From NCBI GenBank assembly GCA_051313645.2, contig JBNRSN020000002.1:36332001-36396000 (forward strand): a stretch of DNA of 64,000 bases, in the 5' to 3' direction. Position 1 is the stretch's first letter; the number at the start of each line of letters is the position of its first letter. The stretch is from Centroscyllium fabricii (Eukaryota). Below the pieces are notes generated by a model, which searched no databases, was not told the DNA's origin, and saw nothing but the letters and a program-made list of their open reading frames with translations. Both the position numbers and the translations under genes were made by a program. Positions 36,445 to 47,869 of this stretch are shown piece by piece.

Positions 36445-36892
36445 TTTTTTATTTTTATTCATTGATGGGATGTGGGCTGGCTAGGCCTGCATTTAGTGCC
36501 CATCCCTAATTGCCCTTGAGAAGATGGTGGTGAGCCGCCTTCTTGAACCGCTGCAGTCGTAGTGATTGTTTACAACTGAGTGGCTTGCTGGGCCATTTCA
36601 GAGGGTATTAAGAGTCAACCACATTGCTGTTGGTCTGGAGTCACATGTAGGCCAGACCAGGTAAGGACGGCAGATTTCCTTCCCGAAAGGACATTCGTGA
36701 ACCAGATGGGTTTTTGCAACAATCGACAATGGTATCATGGTCGCCAATATTAAGACTGACATTTAATTCCAGAAATTGAATTGAATTTAAATTCCACCAG
36801 CTGTCATGGTGGGTTATGAACCCATATCCATCAGAGCATTTGACTGAGCCTCTGGCTTACTGGTCTAGTGACATAACCACTACGCCACCACC
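36445..36892 (-). mobile_element. tRNA-derived SINE with tail from the AATTAGGGATGGGC LINE family
   Basis: - strand starts GGTGGCGTAGTGGTT (A box) with B-box-like GGTTCATAACC. 3' end matches 115-231. Confidence 0.6.
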
Positions 36893-37271
36893 TCCCCATG
36901 GTTGGTGGGGAGTGAGGGGGGGGAAGGGAGTAGGAGATAAGAGCAGTTTTTCAATGTGGTTGGAAGTGGATAGTGGTGTCCGACAGTGTTCAGTTCTGGG
37001 GCCACTTCTGTCTATTGTGCACATCAATGATTTGGAAACAGGCTTAGAGGGAGTGGTGTCAAATTCTGCAGATAATATCAATCTAGGAGGAATGCATAAT
37101 TCTCCTATCTTCTGTGTTTCTGTGTTTCAGAATATAAAAGCCAAGAGGTAATGATAAGCCTATATAAAACCTTAATAAGACCTCAGTAATTGTACTCTGT
37201 GCAGTACTGGGCTCAACACTATGGGCGGGCTATTGAGGCTAAGACAGGTCCAACGTGGATTCACGAGGATA

Positions 37272-37666
37272 CATAGAAACATAGAAACTAGGAGCAGGAG
37301 TAGGCCATTCGGCCCTTCGAGCCTGCGCCGCCATTCAATGAGATCATGGCTGATCATCCAAACCCAGCACCCCGCCCCTGCCCTCTCCCCACATCCCTCG
37401 ATCCCTATATTGACACATATCCCACCCTATCCCCGTAACCCCACCTATTCAATCCCCCTAACACTAAGGGTCAATTTATCCTGGCCAATCAACCTAACCC
37501 GCACATCTTTGGACTGTGGGAGGAAACCGGAGCACCCGGAGGAAACCCACGCAGACACGGGGAGAATGTGCAAACTCCACACAGATAGTCACCCGAGGCT
37601 GGATTTGAACCCGGGTCTCCAGTGCTCTGAGACAACAGTGCTAACCACTGTGCCACCGTGCCGCCC
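37272..37666 (-). mobile_element. HE1-type V-SINE
   Basis: Full head, V-domain and CR1 tail. Confidence 0.9.
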
Positions 37667-38160
37667 ACCGTACTGCCTGGTATAAGGAAGTTTTTGCTGA
37701 ATTTTGTGTTGGAGAATGGAACACTTTCAGCAGAGTTCTCTCTATGTGTCAGACTGACAATTTAGTGCCAATTTGGGACCGTCTTGTCCTCTGGGTATCC
37801 TGTTAAGAAATGGATTGCGGCTGTCCAATCTCATTTCACATAGACTCTTGCACCAGAGAAGACTTTCATCCCATTAGGCTCGGTCTCAGAGCTAAAAGGC
37901 CACTATCTGACCCACAGAATTGTAGATATTTCTTTAATTTTCTATAAATGTATGTCTTTCAGGCAAACAGGAACTATAAAGAGATCTGCTGCTGGCTCCT
38001 GGGAATCAGGAATGATTCATTGCTTGGTGAGCATCCTGATACACGTTCTTGTCTTGATAAATTCACTTTGTATACAAAATTGATGTGTCAATTGGTGGCA
38101 CAACTGATCAATTAATCTTAAAATGCAAATAGAAAATGTGGTAACTGGCACAAATATGTT

Positions 38161-38860
38161 GGCCTTGAATTTGCGGTTGGAAGCTCCAATGCCTCCAATC
38201 CGCAAATAAAATGCCCGAGTACCTGGGGCTCTGGAGATTTGCAGTCCTGGGCCTCTCCGGGTACCAGCGGGTAGAGGCCCATGTATCCCAGGGCGCAAGC
38301 GGATCGCAAGCGCCCCTGGGATCACATGGGCCAGCCCAACGAATGAAAGAAAGGAATCTCCATTCATGCTTATGGGGATTCTGTATGTACGGAATCCCCA
38401 TAAGCATGAATGGCAATAACCCCAAAAATGCATGTACACATCAAATAACTGAAAACAAATTACATATTTAAAATGCCATTTAATTAAATATTTAAAACAA
38501 AAATTAACATTTTTGAAAAATAAATTTAAATGTTTTAAAGTGGCTAAAAATAACTGTACCTTATTGTACAGGTGTTTTAATGTTTAAATGATTGAAAAAA
38601 AGTTATTTTTATGTTCATTTAAACTCTTACCGGGCATAAGAATTTCACGGGTATTCGCTCAGCAGAGGTTAGGCAAATAACCCAACTCTCTGCCCGCGGG
38701 TGCCCTCTTCCCGGGGATGCATTGCATCTGTCAAGATTGACAGATCGCAAGTTCCGGGTTTTTACGCATTTGCTTCGCATGCGAAAATCCAGAACTTGCG
38801 TGGCCATTACGGGGGCGTGTGCACCTCGTACGCGCCTGTAGGAGCTGCAAATCACGGGAT
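38161..38860. mobile_element. Probable MITE with internal hairpin (38360-38413) and AT-rich centre
   Basis: Degenerate ATTTGC(G/A)G termini. CCATTCATGCTTATGGGGATTC...GAATCCCCATAAGCATGAATGG stem. Confidence 0.45.
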
Positions 38861-39373
38861 ATTCTTTCTTAACCTCAAGCCAATAGATCAGCTTCAATCA
38901 AGTGGCTTCAGGAATAATTTCACCAATACTTTGTGCTGCTATTTCACCTTGTACGGTCAAGCATGTTGTACTGTTACAGGATTGAAGTAAACATGCAAAT
39001 ACAGTATGCAACAAAAAAAAGGAAGCTTTCATGAGACGCCAGCTAGAATATGACTAATGGAATATAATGTGGCGTGATTCCTTGAAGATGCAATTGGTAA
39101 AGGCACCATCAAGCATAGCACTACAGATCCGATTGTAACTCAGGGCGAGCGTGGGGCTGGCGGGGTGGTGTCAACTACACTATGACCGACTCCCACTCGA
39201 ACCCGCCGTCAAATATCTGAGGGTAGTGGACAGCCAGGTACCCGCGCAAATGGACTCTGGTGGTCAGGTAAATGGATCATGAGGAGGCAAGAGGGGCTGG
39301 TGTCAGTAACAAGGATCACAGTTGTCGACGGGAGGGGAAGCCTGGGGCAGGGGATGGGTACTCGGGTAATTAT

Positions 39374-39503
39374 AGCAAAATACTGCAGATGCTGGAAATC
39401 CGAAATAACAACAGAAAATGCTGGAAAAACTCAGAGGGTCAGGCAACATCCGTGGAGAGAAATATAGAGTCGACGTTTCGGGTTCGAACCCTTTGTCAAG
39501 ACT
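39374..39503 (-). mobile_element. Second Penelope-family pLTR remnant with degenerate hammerhead (39468-39503)
   Basis: - strand AGTC-TTGACAA-A-GGGT-TCGA-ACCC-GAA-ACGT-C-GACT: stems intact, core CTGACGA mutated at two positions. Confidence 0.65.
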
Positions 39504-39669
39504 AAAGCCAGGAAATGAAAGAGGTAGGAAGGCCGGGGGCTGGGAGGGAACAGAAAACAAAAGAGAAAAGAGAACAAAGAGAAAAGATGTTAAGAGGTAT
39601 TCAATGCCGATGCGGCTACAGCTGTCCCCTGTCCACAGCCGTATCTGCATTGTTTTGCAATGTTTAAGT

Positions 39670-40040
39670 TGGTGGATGGGGTGCCAATCAAGCGGGCTGC
39701 TTTGTCCTGGATGGTGTCGAGCTTCTTGAGTATTGTTGGAGCTGCACTCTTCCAGGCAAGTGGAGAGTGTTCCATCACATTCCTTACTTGTGCCTTGAAG
39801 ATGGTAGAAAGGCTTTGGGGAGTCAGGAGGTAAGACACTCGCCGAAGAATACCTAGCCTCTGACCTGCTCTTGTTGCCACAGTATTTATGTGGCTGGTCC
39901 AGTTAAGTTTATGATCAATGGTGACCACCAGGATGTTGACAGTGGGGGATTCGGCGATGGTAATGCCGTTAAATGTCAAGGGGCGGTGGTTAGACTCTCG
40001 CTTGTTGGAGATAGTCATTGCCTGGCACTTGTGTGGCACA
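39670..40040 (-). mobile_element. CR1/Jockey-group LINE ORF2 fragment
   Basis: KCQAMTIS...LNWTSHI...AGQRLGILRR...KAQVR..ME. Confidence 0.75.
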
Positions 40041-40059
40041 TAAGTCCCACATAAGAGAC

Positions 40060-41175
40060 TGTTATCTAATTGAGGGTAAATTATTGACCTGGTTAGGAAA
40101 TTGGCTGAGCGGCAGGAGACAGGGAGTAGGGATAATGGGTCGGTACTCAAATTGGCAGGATGTGACTTGTGGTGTCCCGTAGGGATCTGTGTTGGGGTCT
40201 CAACTATTCACAATATTTATTAACGACTTAGGTGCTGACATAGAAAGTCATATATCCAAATTTACTGATGACACAAAGATAGGTGGCATTGTAGGCAGTG
40301 TAGATGAAAGCATAAAATTACACAAAGGGATTTTGATAGATTAATTGATTGGGCAAAACTGTGGCTAATGGATTCCAATGTAAGCAAATGTGAGGTCATC
40401 CACTTTGGACCTAAAGGAATAGAACAAGGTACTTTCTAAATGGTGAAAAGCTAAAAACAGTGGCTGTCCAGAGACTTGGGGGATCCAGGTACATAGATCA
40501 TTAAAATATCATGAACAGGTACAAAATATAATCAAAAAGGCTGATAGAATTCTGGCCCTTATATCTAGAGGACTAGAATACAAGGGGGTAGAGGTTATGC
40601 TGCAGCTGTACTAAACCCTGGTTAGACCACACCTGGAGTACGGTGAGCAGTTCTGGGCACCACACCTTACGAAGGATATATTGGCCTTGGAGGTAGTGCA
40701 GTGTAGGTTTACCAGAATGATACCCGGACTCCAAGTGTTAAATTCCGAGGAGAGATTCAACAAATTAGTGTTGTATTCCACAGAGATTAGAAGGTTAAGG
40801 GGTGATCTGATCGAAGGTTTCAAGATATTAAGGGGAACAGATAGGCTGGAGAGAGAGAAACTATGTCCGCTGGTTGGGGATTCTAGGACGAGGGGACATA
40901 GTTTAAAAATTAGAGCCAGACCTTTCAGGAGTGAAATTAGGAAACACTTCTACACACAAAGGATGGTAGAAGTTTGGAACTCTCCGCAAACAGCAATTGA
41001 TGATTGATCAATTGTTAATTTAAAAAATGTTATTCGTCACATATTTAAAACCAAAGGTATTAAGGGATATGGGCCTAAGGCGTGTATATGGAGTCAGGTC
41101 GCAGATCAGCCATAATCTCCTTGAATGGCGGAACAGGCTCGAGGGGCTGAATGGCCGACTCCTGTTCCTATGTTT
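40060..41175 (+). mobile_element. CR1 LINE 3' fragment
   Basis: Degraded GVP.GSVLG, FTDDTK, LVRPHLEY motifs and CR1 tail. Confidence 0.8.
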
Positions 41176-41338
41176 AGAAAAAAAGAACAAAATTGGAGCG
41201 TTCTTGCTCCTGATCACTATCCAGTGACTCCTTGTGAATTGTAGATATGGGGTGAATACATGACTGGCCTATCACACCTTCCCCAGTGAGGTATCAAGAT
41301 GACGTTGTCTAGCCTCGCAGAATGGTCACTGCCTCTAA

Positions 41339-42026
41339 AGCCCCGCTTTCACTGGAGGCTAAGAATATCAAGAATATCAAGAATCGTCACGTATCGAAAA
41401 TCGTGGCGATTCGGCAAAAAATGTGAAAATTCGTGGTGGATTCGGGAGGAGCTACGAATCCACTACGAATTGATTACGAATTATTCGTGCCGAATGTCAA
41501 GAATGGTTTAAGAAACAAGTACGAATTCAAAGAATCAGGTAAGAATTTAACGAACTCACTTACGAATGTGCCGAATTACTGTACGAATCCACTACGACCG
41601 ATTCGTACTTGATTCGTACCTGATTCGTGGACATTCATGCCTGTTTCGTGATGTATTCGGCGTGGGTCCACGAATTTGAGGGAGTCAAGAATGCCCAAGA
41701 ATAGACAAGAATGCAGAAGAAGCGATTAAGAAACGGTTAAGAAGGATAAGAAAGGGTTAAGAACGATAAGAAAGGGTCACGAATTGTTTAGGAATCTATC
41801 ACGAATTGGACATTCGTTAACCCTCCCACGAAATTTTTTGACAAACAAAAACTTTCTTGAAAAATCAAAGAAATCACGCGAACTTACGCGAACTCTACGA
41901 ATCCTCTACGAATCAACCACGAATCAACCACGAATCGGTTACGAATTGCAAGAATTACCCACGAATCGGACAAATTTCAGATTCGGGAGAAATCGGGAAT
42001 TCGTAGCCTCCAGTGAAAGCGGGGCT
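41339..42026. mobile_element. PIF/Harbinger MITE
   Basis: Perfect 23-bp TIR AGCCCCGCTTTCACTGGAGGCTA, TAA TSD (41336-41338, 42027-42029), interior packed with A(C/A)GAAT motifs. Confidence 0.88.
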
Positions 42027-42541
42027 TAACTCAGTACTGCCAGTGGTGGGGAAAATGAGAAAGAAATTGGTAATAAAGGATGCAACTCATATTAATCTAT
42101 TGCAGCAGTGCAGGGAAGCTAACACTTGATCTGTGGTCAAATATATCCCATCAGTAAACAAAACTTCACTTGCACCCTTCTTAATTTCTGTTTTTCAATT
42201 CCTATGTTGTGTTCTAAATTTTTTATACCGTCACGAAGTAGAAAACCAAGTGAGCCAATTAGTGGAAAATGTTGTAGCATTATCAAGATATGAACAGAAG
42301 CAAAAGTTAATTTTAAAAAATCTCAGCCAAAATAAATCAGTGAAGATAATCTCAATTTAAATTGCCTAGAGATTATTGCGAGACTGTTATATTAAAGTGT
42401 TAATGTTTCAATTTGTTATCGGGGATCACAATGTGACACCATTGAGTAGTAGCATGTAGGAATCAACTTCACATTGCTGGCCTCCTGCTCTGTCGCCGCC
42501 TTGCTGCGGAAAGTCATGGAGCTGAGTTCAGGTATTGTACT

Positions 42542-43632
42542 TGATCACCAACAACGACGAGTCAGCCTACAGGGATGAGATCCAGCGCCTTGTGGGTTGG
42601 TGTGCCGACAACAACCTGGCACTGAACACCAAGAAAACCAAGGAGATCATAGTGGACTTCCGGAGGACTGGAAGCAGAAGACACACCCCCATCTTCATCC
42701 AAGGGGCTGAGGTGGAAAGGGTGTCCAGCTTCAAGTTCCTCGGGGTCCACATCTCGGAAGATCTCTCCTGGTCATTAAACACCTCCTCTCTGGTTAAGAA
42801 GGCCCAACAGCGCCTGTACTTCCTAAGGAAGCTGAAGAAAGCCAGGCTGTCATCCGGCATCCTCTCCAACTTCTACCGCTGCACAATAGAAAGCATACTG
42901 ACAAGCTGCATCACTGTCTGGTATGGTAATTGCACTATCTCGGACCGGAAAACCCTGCAGCGGGTAGTCAAAACTGCCCAACGAATTACCGGTACACAGC
43001 TACCGTCAATGGAAAGCATCTACCTCAAACGCTGCTTACGGAGGTCTCTGAACATTATTAAAGACCCCACACACCCCAGCCACAGTCTGTTCGCCCCCCT
43101 GCCCTCCGGGAGATGCTACAGAGCAATTTGCACCCGCACGACTAGATTTCAGAACAGCTTCTTCCCCAGGGCTGTCAGCCTCCTGAACTCTAAAAAGAAA
43201 CTCCGGTACCTGCACACCTGATAATGTACTCTACTGTATGCAATTTGCATGTAATTTATTTATTTTATTTGCACTACTCTTGGGAGAGTCGAGTCTTCGT
43301 CTCGTTGTATTGTACTACTACTCTGCAATGACAATAAAACTTGAATTGAATTGAATTGAATTGAATTGATATGCCAAATGACTAGCCGGATTCGAGAGGT
43401 TTAAACTTAAAACTAAAGGCTTTTATTAAGTTAGAGCATGGCATCGAGTTAACACAGAGCAACCTTCATTCGTCACAGACCCAGCCCTTATGAGCAAAAC
43501 TCACACCCATCCGGAGAATCCAGAAGGGCGGGGCTAGGGCGGGGCATCAGTGGTTACACCTGCAGATCATTCCAGAACATTAACAAGTACAAACAAGCAA
43601 TACAAAGGCCAGAACACATTTATTTCATCACA
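42542..43632 (-). mobile_element. Solo LTR interrupted a few bases from its end by a Rex1 fragment
   Basis: 5-bp TSD GTACT (42537-42541, 43633-43637), TG...CA termini, AATAAAA on the - strand at ~43421-43427. Confidence 0.7.
42543..43370 (+). mobile_element. Rex1/Babar LINE 3' fragment
   Basis: Open 228-codon RT C-terminal ORF (42535-43221), highly similar to 28350-29136. (TTGAA)n tail. Confidence 0.9.
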
Positions 43633-43662
43633 GTACTTTCATGCTGGGAGAGGTCATCCCTT

Positions 43663-43677
43663 GTGCCCCCTAGTGAC
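43663..43677 (-). promoter_or_regulatory. Candidate CTCF motif
   Basis: - strand GTCACTAGGGGGCAC resembles the CCACYAGRKGGCRC consensus. Confidence 0.35.
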
Positions 43678-44967
43678 GGCTTCATAGCAACGTTGTTATC
43701 CTAATAGGTTTCCTCCTTGGCCATAGTTGGTGCATGAACTGGGGAGAACCCAGGGAAATAAAGACATGGGTGCCAATTTTCCTGCCCGCTTTCGGATATA
43801 ACTGGCGCAGTAGTGGACCAAAAATCACAGCACTGCACTTAGCGCCCTGTGCTCGCCAACGGCCGGGCTGCTGTCATTTTGGAGTGGTTGACAAAACAGG
43901 CGAGAAACGCTCACACTTAAAACAGACAGGAGCCTACTTAAGTAGGAAATTCGGGGTCCTCCTATGCCATCTGTAGGATGTTTGTGAGGGCAGGAAAAAA
44001 TGTTTTCCAACCCACTGCCAGTCCCTCTGTTCCCTACTTCCACCCACCCACCTTTAATTCTGGTTTTGGCTCAGCTACACAGAGGAGCCACAGATTACTC
44101 CCAATCCGCCACCCCTCCCCCCCCAATCGATGAGCTGCCCATCAGTGCTCGTACAGCACTTGCCATGGAGGGAGTGCAGAGGAGATTCACCAGGCTGATA
44201 CCTGGGATGGCAGGATTGACATATGGGGAGAGACTGGGTAGACTGGGTTTGTACTCTCTGGAGTTTAGAAGATTGAGAGGGGATCTCATCGAAACGTTTA
44301 AAATTCTAACTGGTCTGGACAAACTTGATGCAGGAAGAATGGTCACGATGGTCGGAGAGTCCAGAACCAGGGGTCACAGTCTAACGATAAGGGGTAACTC
44401 ATTTAGGACAGAGATGAGGAGGAATTTCTTCACCCAGAGAGTGGTGAACCTGTGGAATTCTCTACCACAGAGGGCGGTGGAGGCTAATTCATTGAATATA
44501 TTCAAGAAGGAGCTGGATGTTTTTCTTAAAGGCCCTGTCACACCTAGACGTTTTAGCCAGCCTATGCAAATGAGGCTAAAACGCTGAACTTTCGACACTT
44601 TTTTCAATTTTTGGCGTATAGTAGCGTATTCATAGCGTATTGGACGATAACGTATTAGTAACGTACATAGAACGTTTCGCTATCTTTATTGCAAATTGTA
44701 GCAACGAGTTCTTAACGTGTTGTCGGCGTTCACAACGTATGCCTAACGATAGTCTAACGTATTGGACATATGCATAACGTATGCATAGCGCGCGGCAGCC
44801 TATCGCCGACGATCAGGTGGGGTAGCCTATTCAAAGGCTGTCATTGGACGATTCAAATCATACCACTAGACTTTTAAGTGCAGCTCGGCTCCACCCACCC
44901 AAACTGATTCCAGTTCTACATGAAAATCTGCTTTGACAAGTCTGTTCTTTTGCCAAGTCTCTACAAC

Positions 44968-45513
44968 ATGCCTAGGAAAAGTTCCAAGAATGCTGCCAGG
45001 AAGTCTCGTGGCCGTGGCCGTGGCCGTGGGCGTGGATGCATGGAGGATCCATCACCCACACCCTTCCCATCACGCTCACCCTCTGACGGAGAGGATGCTG
45101 CTTCCAACACCTCTCGGGCATCGTCTGTGGCTGCGTCCGTGGCCTCCACCTCCTCTCAGCCAACCGTTGCGACGAAGAGGGCCAAGAAGACACAGTTTTG
45201 TCTTGCTGTTGAAGAGGAGCAGCAGATGTGCGATTTCCTTTCAGATAACGCCATCCTCTGGGACATTAAAAAGACAGACTATCGGAGGGTGGACAAGAAG
45301 GGAAAGCTCTGGGAGGATCAGGCAAAGGACATGGGGAAGACTGTGGAGCACCTTCAAGGGTGGTTCAAGTCCCTGCGAGACACCCACACCCGTCTCCACA
45401 AGAAGAAAAGCGGTGATGGCGCCCAGGAACTGACAGAGAGGGAGCAGTGGGTGAAGGCAAAGTTCGGCTTCCTCACGACTGTGGTCCGCCATCGTCCTGA
45501 GCCCGTCCACAGT
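44968..45513 (+). CDS. Harbinger Myb/MADF DNA-binding protein, exon 1
   Basis: ATG in ACAACATGC context. RGRGRGRG tract. MADF tryptophan pattern (AILWD...KLWE...GWFKSLRD...KKSG). Phase-0 donor AGT|GTAAGT. Confidence 0.8.
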
Positions 45514-45625
45514 GTAAGTATAAACACATATTAATATCCATAATAATATTTATTTATATTAGTTTTACTGTACTTTGCCTCGTATTTTTGCTTTGTATTT
45601 TACTAATCATTTGTCATAATTGCAG

Positions 45626-46375
45626 GTAAAGGAAACCATTGCAGCACACAGCGGGGACCTCGAGGCTGGCGAGGCTGCCTGTGTAGAGCTGGTGTTGGAC
45701 AGCACACCCTCCCCTGTCCCCAGGGGGAAGCGTGCCCAGGACGATGAGCAGCTGCAGTCAATCAATAAGAGGGTGCAGGAGACTGGGGAGATCCTCAGAA
45801 ATCTGGCACAGCCTCAGCCCATCACAACCACCTCAGCCTTCGCCAACTACGTGCGTGACACCCTGGTCAGCATGCCCAAAGACAAATTCCAGGAGGCAAG
45901 GTTGCGCATCAGCACCATCTTCACTGAGCTGCTGGTGGAGGTCACTGAGAAAGAAACCCCCATCTCCGTGCGATCAGCTTCAGCACCAGCTACCTACACC
46001 CCCACGGCGTCGCCGATGTTCCAGCAAGATACCCACAGGTGGAGACACACGGCACCAGCTGCGTCAGTCTGTGGACCGTACATGCACCAGCCACAGTACC
46101 AGCAGATGATGCCACAGTACCATATGATGCCTCCTGCCCCTCAGCATGTGTTCCAGTATCCTCCTCCTCCTCTGATGACGCAGCAGCCAAGCCTCACCTC
46201 TTCATCTGCTGCTATAGGGTCGGCTGACCAGGTACTGAACAAGAGCCAAAGCACCTTGGACAATACTGAGTTGTTTAATATCTCAGGATTCAGCTTTTCC
46301 AGCGGTCCCAATGCTGCAAGCAGCCCGTGTGGGGAGCTGAACACACTTCCACCATCAGAGGAGAGGACTGAATAA
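45626..46375 (+). CDS. Harbinger Myb/MADF protein, exon 2 (BESS-like motif, P/Q-rich tail); spliced product about 431 aa
   Basis: 112-bp AT-rich intron with acceptor TTGCAG|GTA in frame. SAFANYVRDTLVSMPKDKFQEARLRISTIF resembles BESS. Stop TAA overlaps AATAAA. Confidence 0.75.
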   Translation, partial: VKETIAAHSGDLEAGEAACVELVLDSTPSPVPRGKRAQDDEQLQSINKRVQETGEILRNLAQPQPITTTSAFANYVRDTLVSMPKDKFQEARLRISTIFTELLVEVTEKETPISVRSASAPATYTPTASPMFQQDTHRWRHTAPAASVCGPYMHQPQYQQMMPQYHMMPPAPQHVFQYPPPPLMTQQPSLTSSSAAIGSADQVLNKSQSTLDNTELFNISGFSFSSGPNAASSPCGELNTLPPSEERTE

Positions 46376-46482
46376 AAGGTGACATTGTTTTTGACATGTT
46401 TGTGCAATTTTGTATATAGTTTTGATGTTTCAGAGAAGTTAAGATTGTTTTAGCCATTTTGTCTATACGTTTTTAGACCATT

Positions 46483-46697
46483 GTTATCATGTTAAATTAT
46501 TTAATAAAAGTTGAGCAAACTCTTGATGTTTGTTGATGTTATCATGTTAAATTATTTAATAAAAGTTGAGCAAACTCTTGATGTTTGTTGATGTTATCAT
46601 GTTAAATTATTTAATAAAAGTTGAGCAAACTCTTGATGTTTGTTGATGTTATCATGTTAAATTATTTAATAAAAGTTGAGCAAACTCTTGATGTTTG
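46483..46697. repeat. 55-bp tandem repeat, ~4 essentially identical copies
   Basis: ATCATGTTAA recurs at 46486, 46541, 46596 and 46651. Each unit contains AATAAA. Confidence 0.9.
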
Positions 46698-47869
46698 TAT
46701 TGTTTTAATATTTAAATCATAAACAATAATTAACAATAATAAATTCATACACTTTGGAAAAGGTACAATAATATAATGGAGAGAGAGAGAGAGGGTGAAT
46801 GAGTGGGGAGAGACCGGGAGAGAGAGCGAGGGAGAGAGAGATAGTGGGGAGAGAGAGAGAGAGTGAGTGGGGAGAAAAGGCTTTTTAAGATGTTCCTCAG
46901 GAGCTGTAAGTTAGAAACACGTTCAGTAAGTTCTGTGGTCGTCCGGAAGACGTCAAATACGTTGGAGATACGTTACACATAAGTTCAAAGCACGTTACGC
47001 ATAGGTTAGACATAAGTTCCGGGAACGCTAGACAGTATCTCGACGTATTTTGACGTATGACTAACGTGTGTCAACGATCGCCTAACGTGCCTACAACGAT
47101 CGCCTAACGTGCCTACAACGTATGGCCAGCGTATGCGGAACGTATAAATTGTAACATTGATACGTCGTGATTTTTTGTGCATGCACAAAAAATCTCGACT
47201 TACTCGAAATTCAACGACGTATACAACTTATGGCCAGCGTATGCCAGCGTGCTCTTAACGTATGCATAACGTTCCCATAACGTATCCGACGTAAACCAGC
47301 GTATCAGCCAAATTTGCATACGCTGGCTAAATCGTCTAGGTGTGACAGGGCCTTAAGGCAAAAGGGATCAAGGGATATGGGGAGAAGGCAGGGACAGGGT
47401 ACTGAGTTTGGATGATCAGCCATGATCTCATTGAATGGCGGAGCAGGCTCGAGGGGCCGAATGGCCTGCTCCTGCTCCTATCTTCTATGTTTCTATGTAA
47501 GTACAGATAAGGCCCAATTATGAAAATTGCTCGGGCCTCACATGGATTTCATTAGATGGGCAGAATGTTCAGAATTTCAAACTCCCACCTGATTGAATCA
47601 GACACAAAAAAATGTAACCCCGAAGTTTCAGCTGAAATTAAAAAAGGAAAGTTTGAGCTTAATTTTATCTGAGGTTGAGCTATCAGAAGAAAAAAAACTC
47701 GACAGTTCATCACCTCGAAAAAGGACAAAAATATTTCTCAAGTGCCTAGATGATTGTTTTTAGACAAACTGGTGCTGGGCAAAATAATATTGGAATCCAT
47801 GTTATCTTGTCTGGGGTTTTGTATTCGATGGTCTTTATTCTGGATGGATAGATGGATGAAAGAAAGGAA

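Larger units (their letters stand above)
44530..47353. mobile_element. Non-autonomous PIF/Harbinger DNA transposon carrying a MADF/Myb-like gene
   Basis: TIR AGGCCCTGTCACACCTAGACG (21 bp perfect, imperfect to ~57 bp), TAA TSD (44527-44529, 47354-47356), subterminal A(A/G)CGTAT arrays. Confidence 0.9.
44158..47498 (+). mobile_element. CR1 3' fragment split by a Harbinger element
   Basis: Rejoins as TTTCTTAA|GGCAAAAGGGATC, matching 20675-20700. Confidence 0.85.

Noticed and set aside
46483-46697. CRISPR-like array
   Set aside because: No unique spacers and a eukaryotic context. It is a simple tandem repeat.
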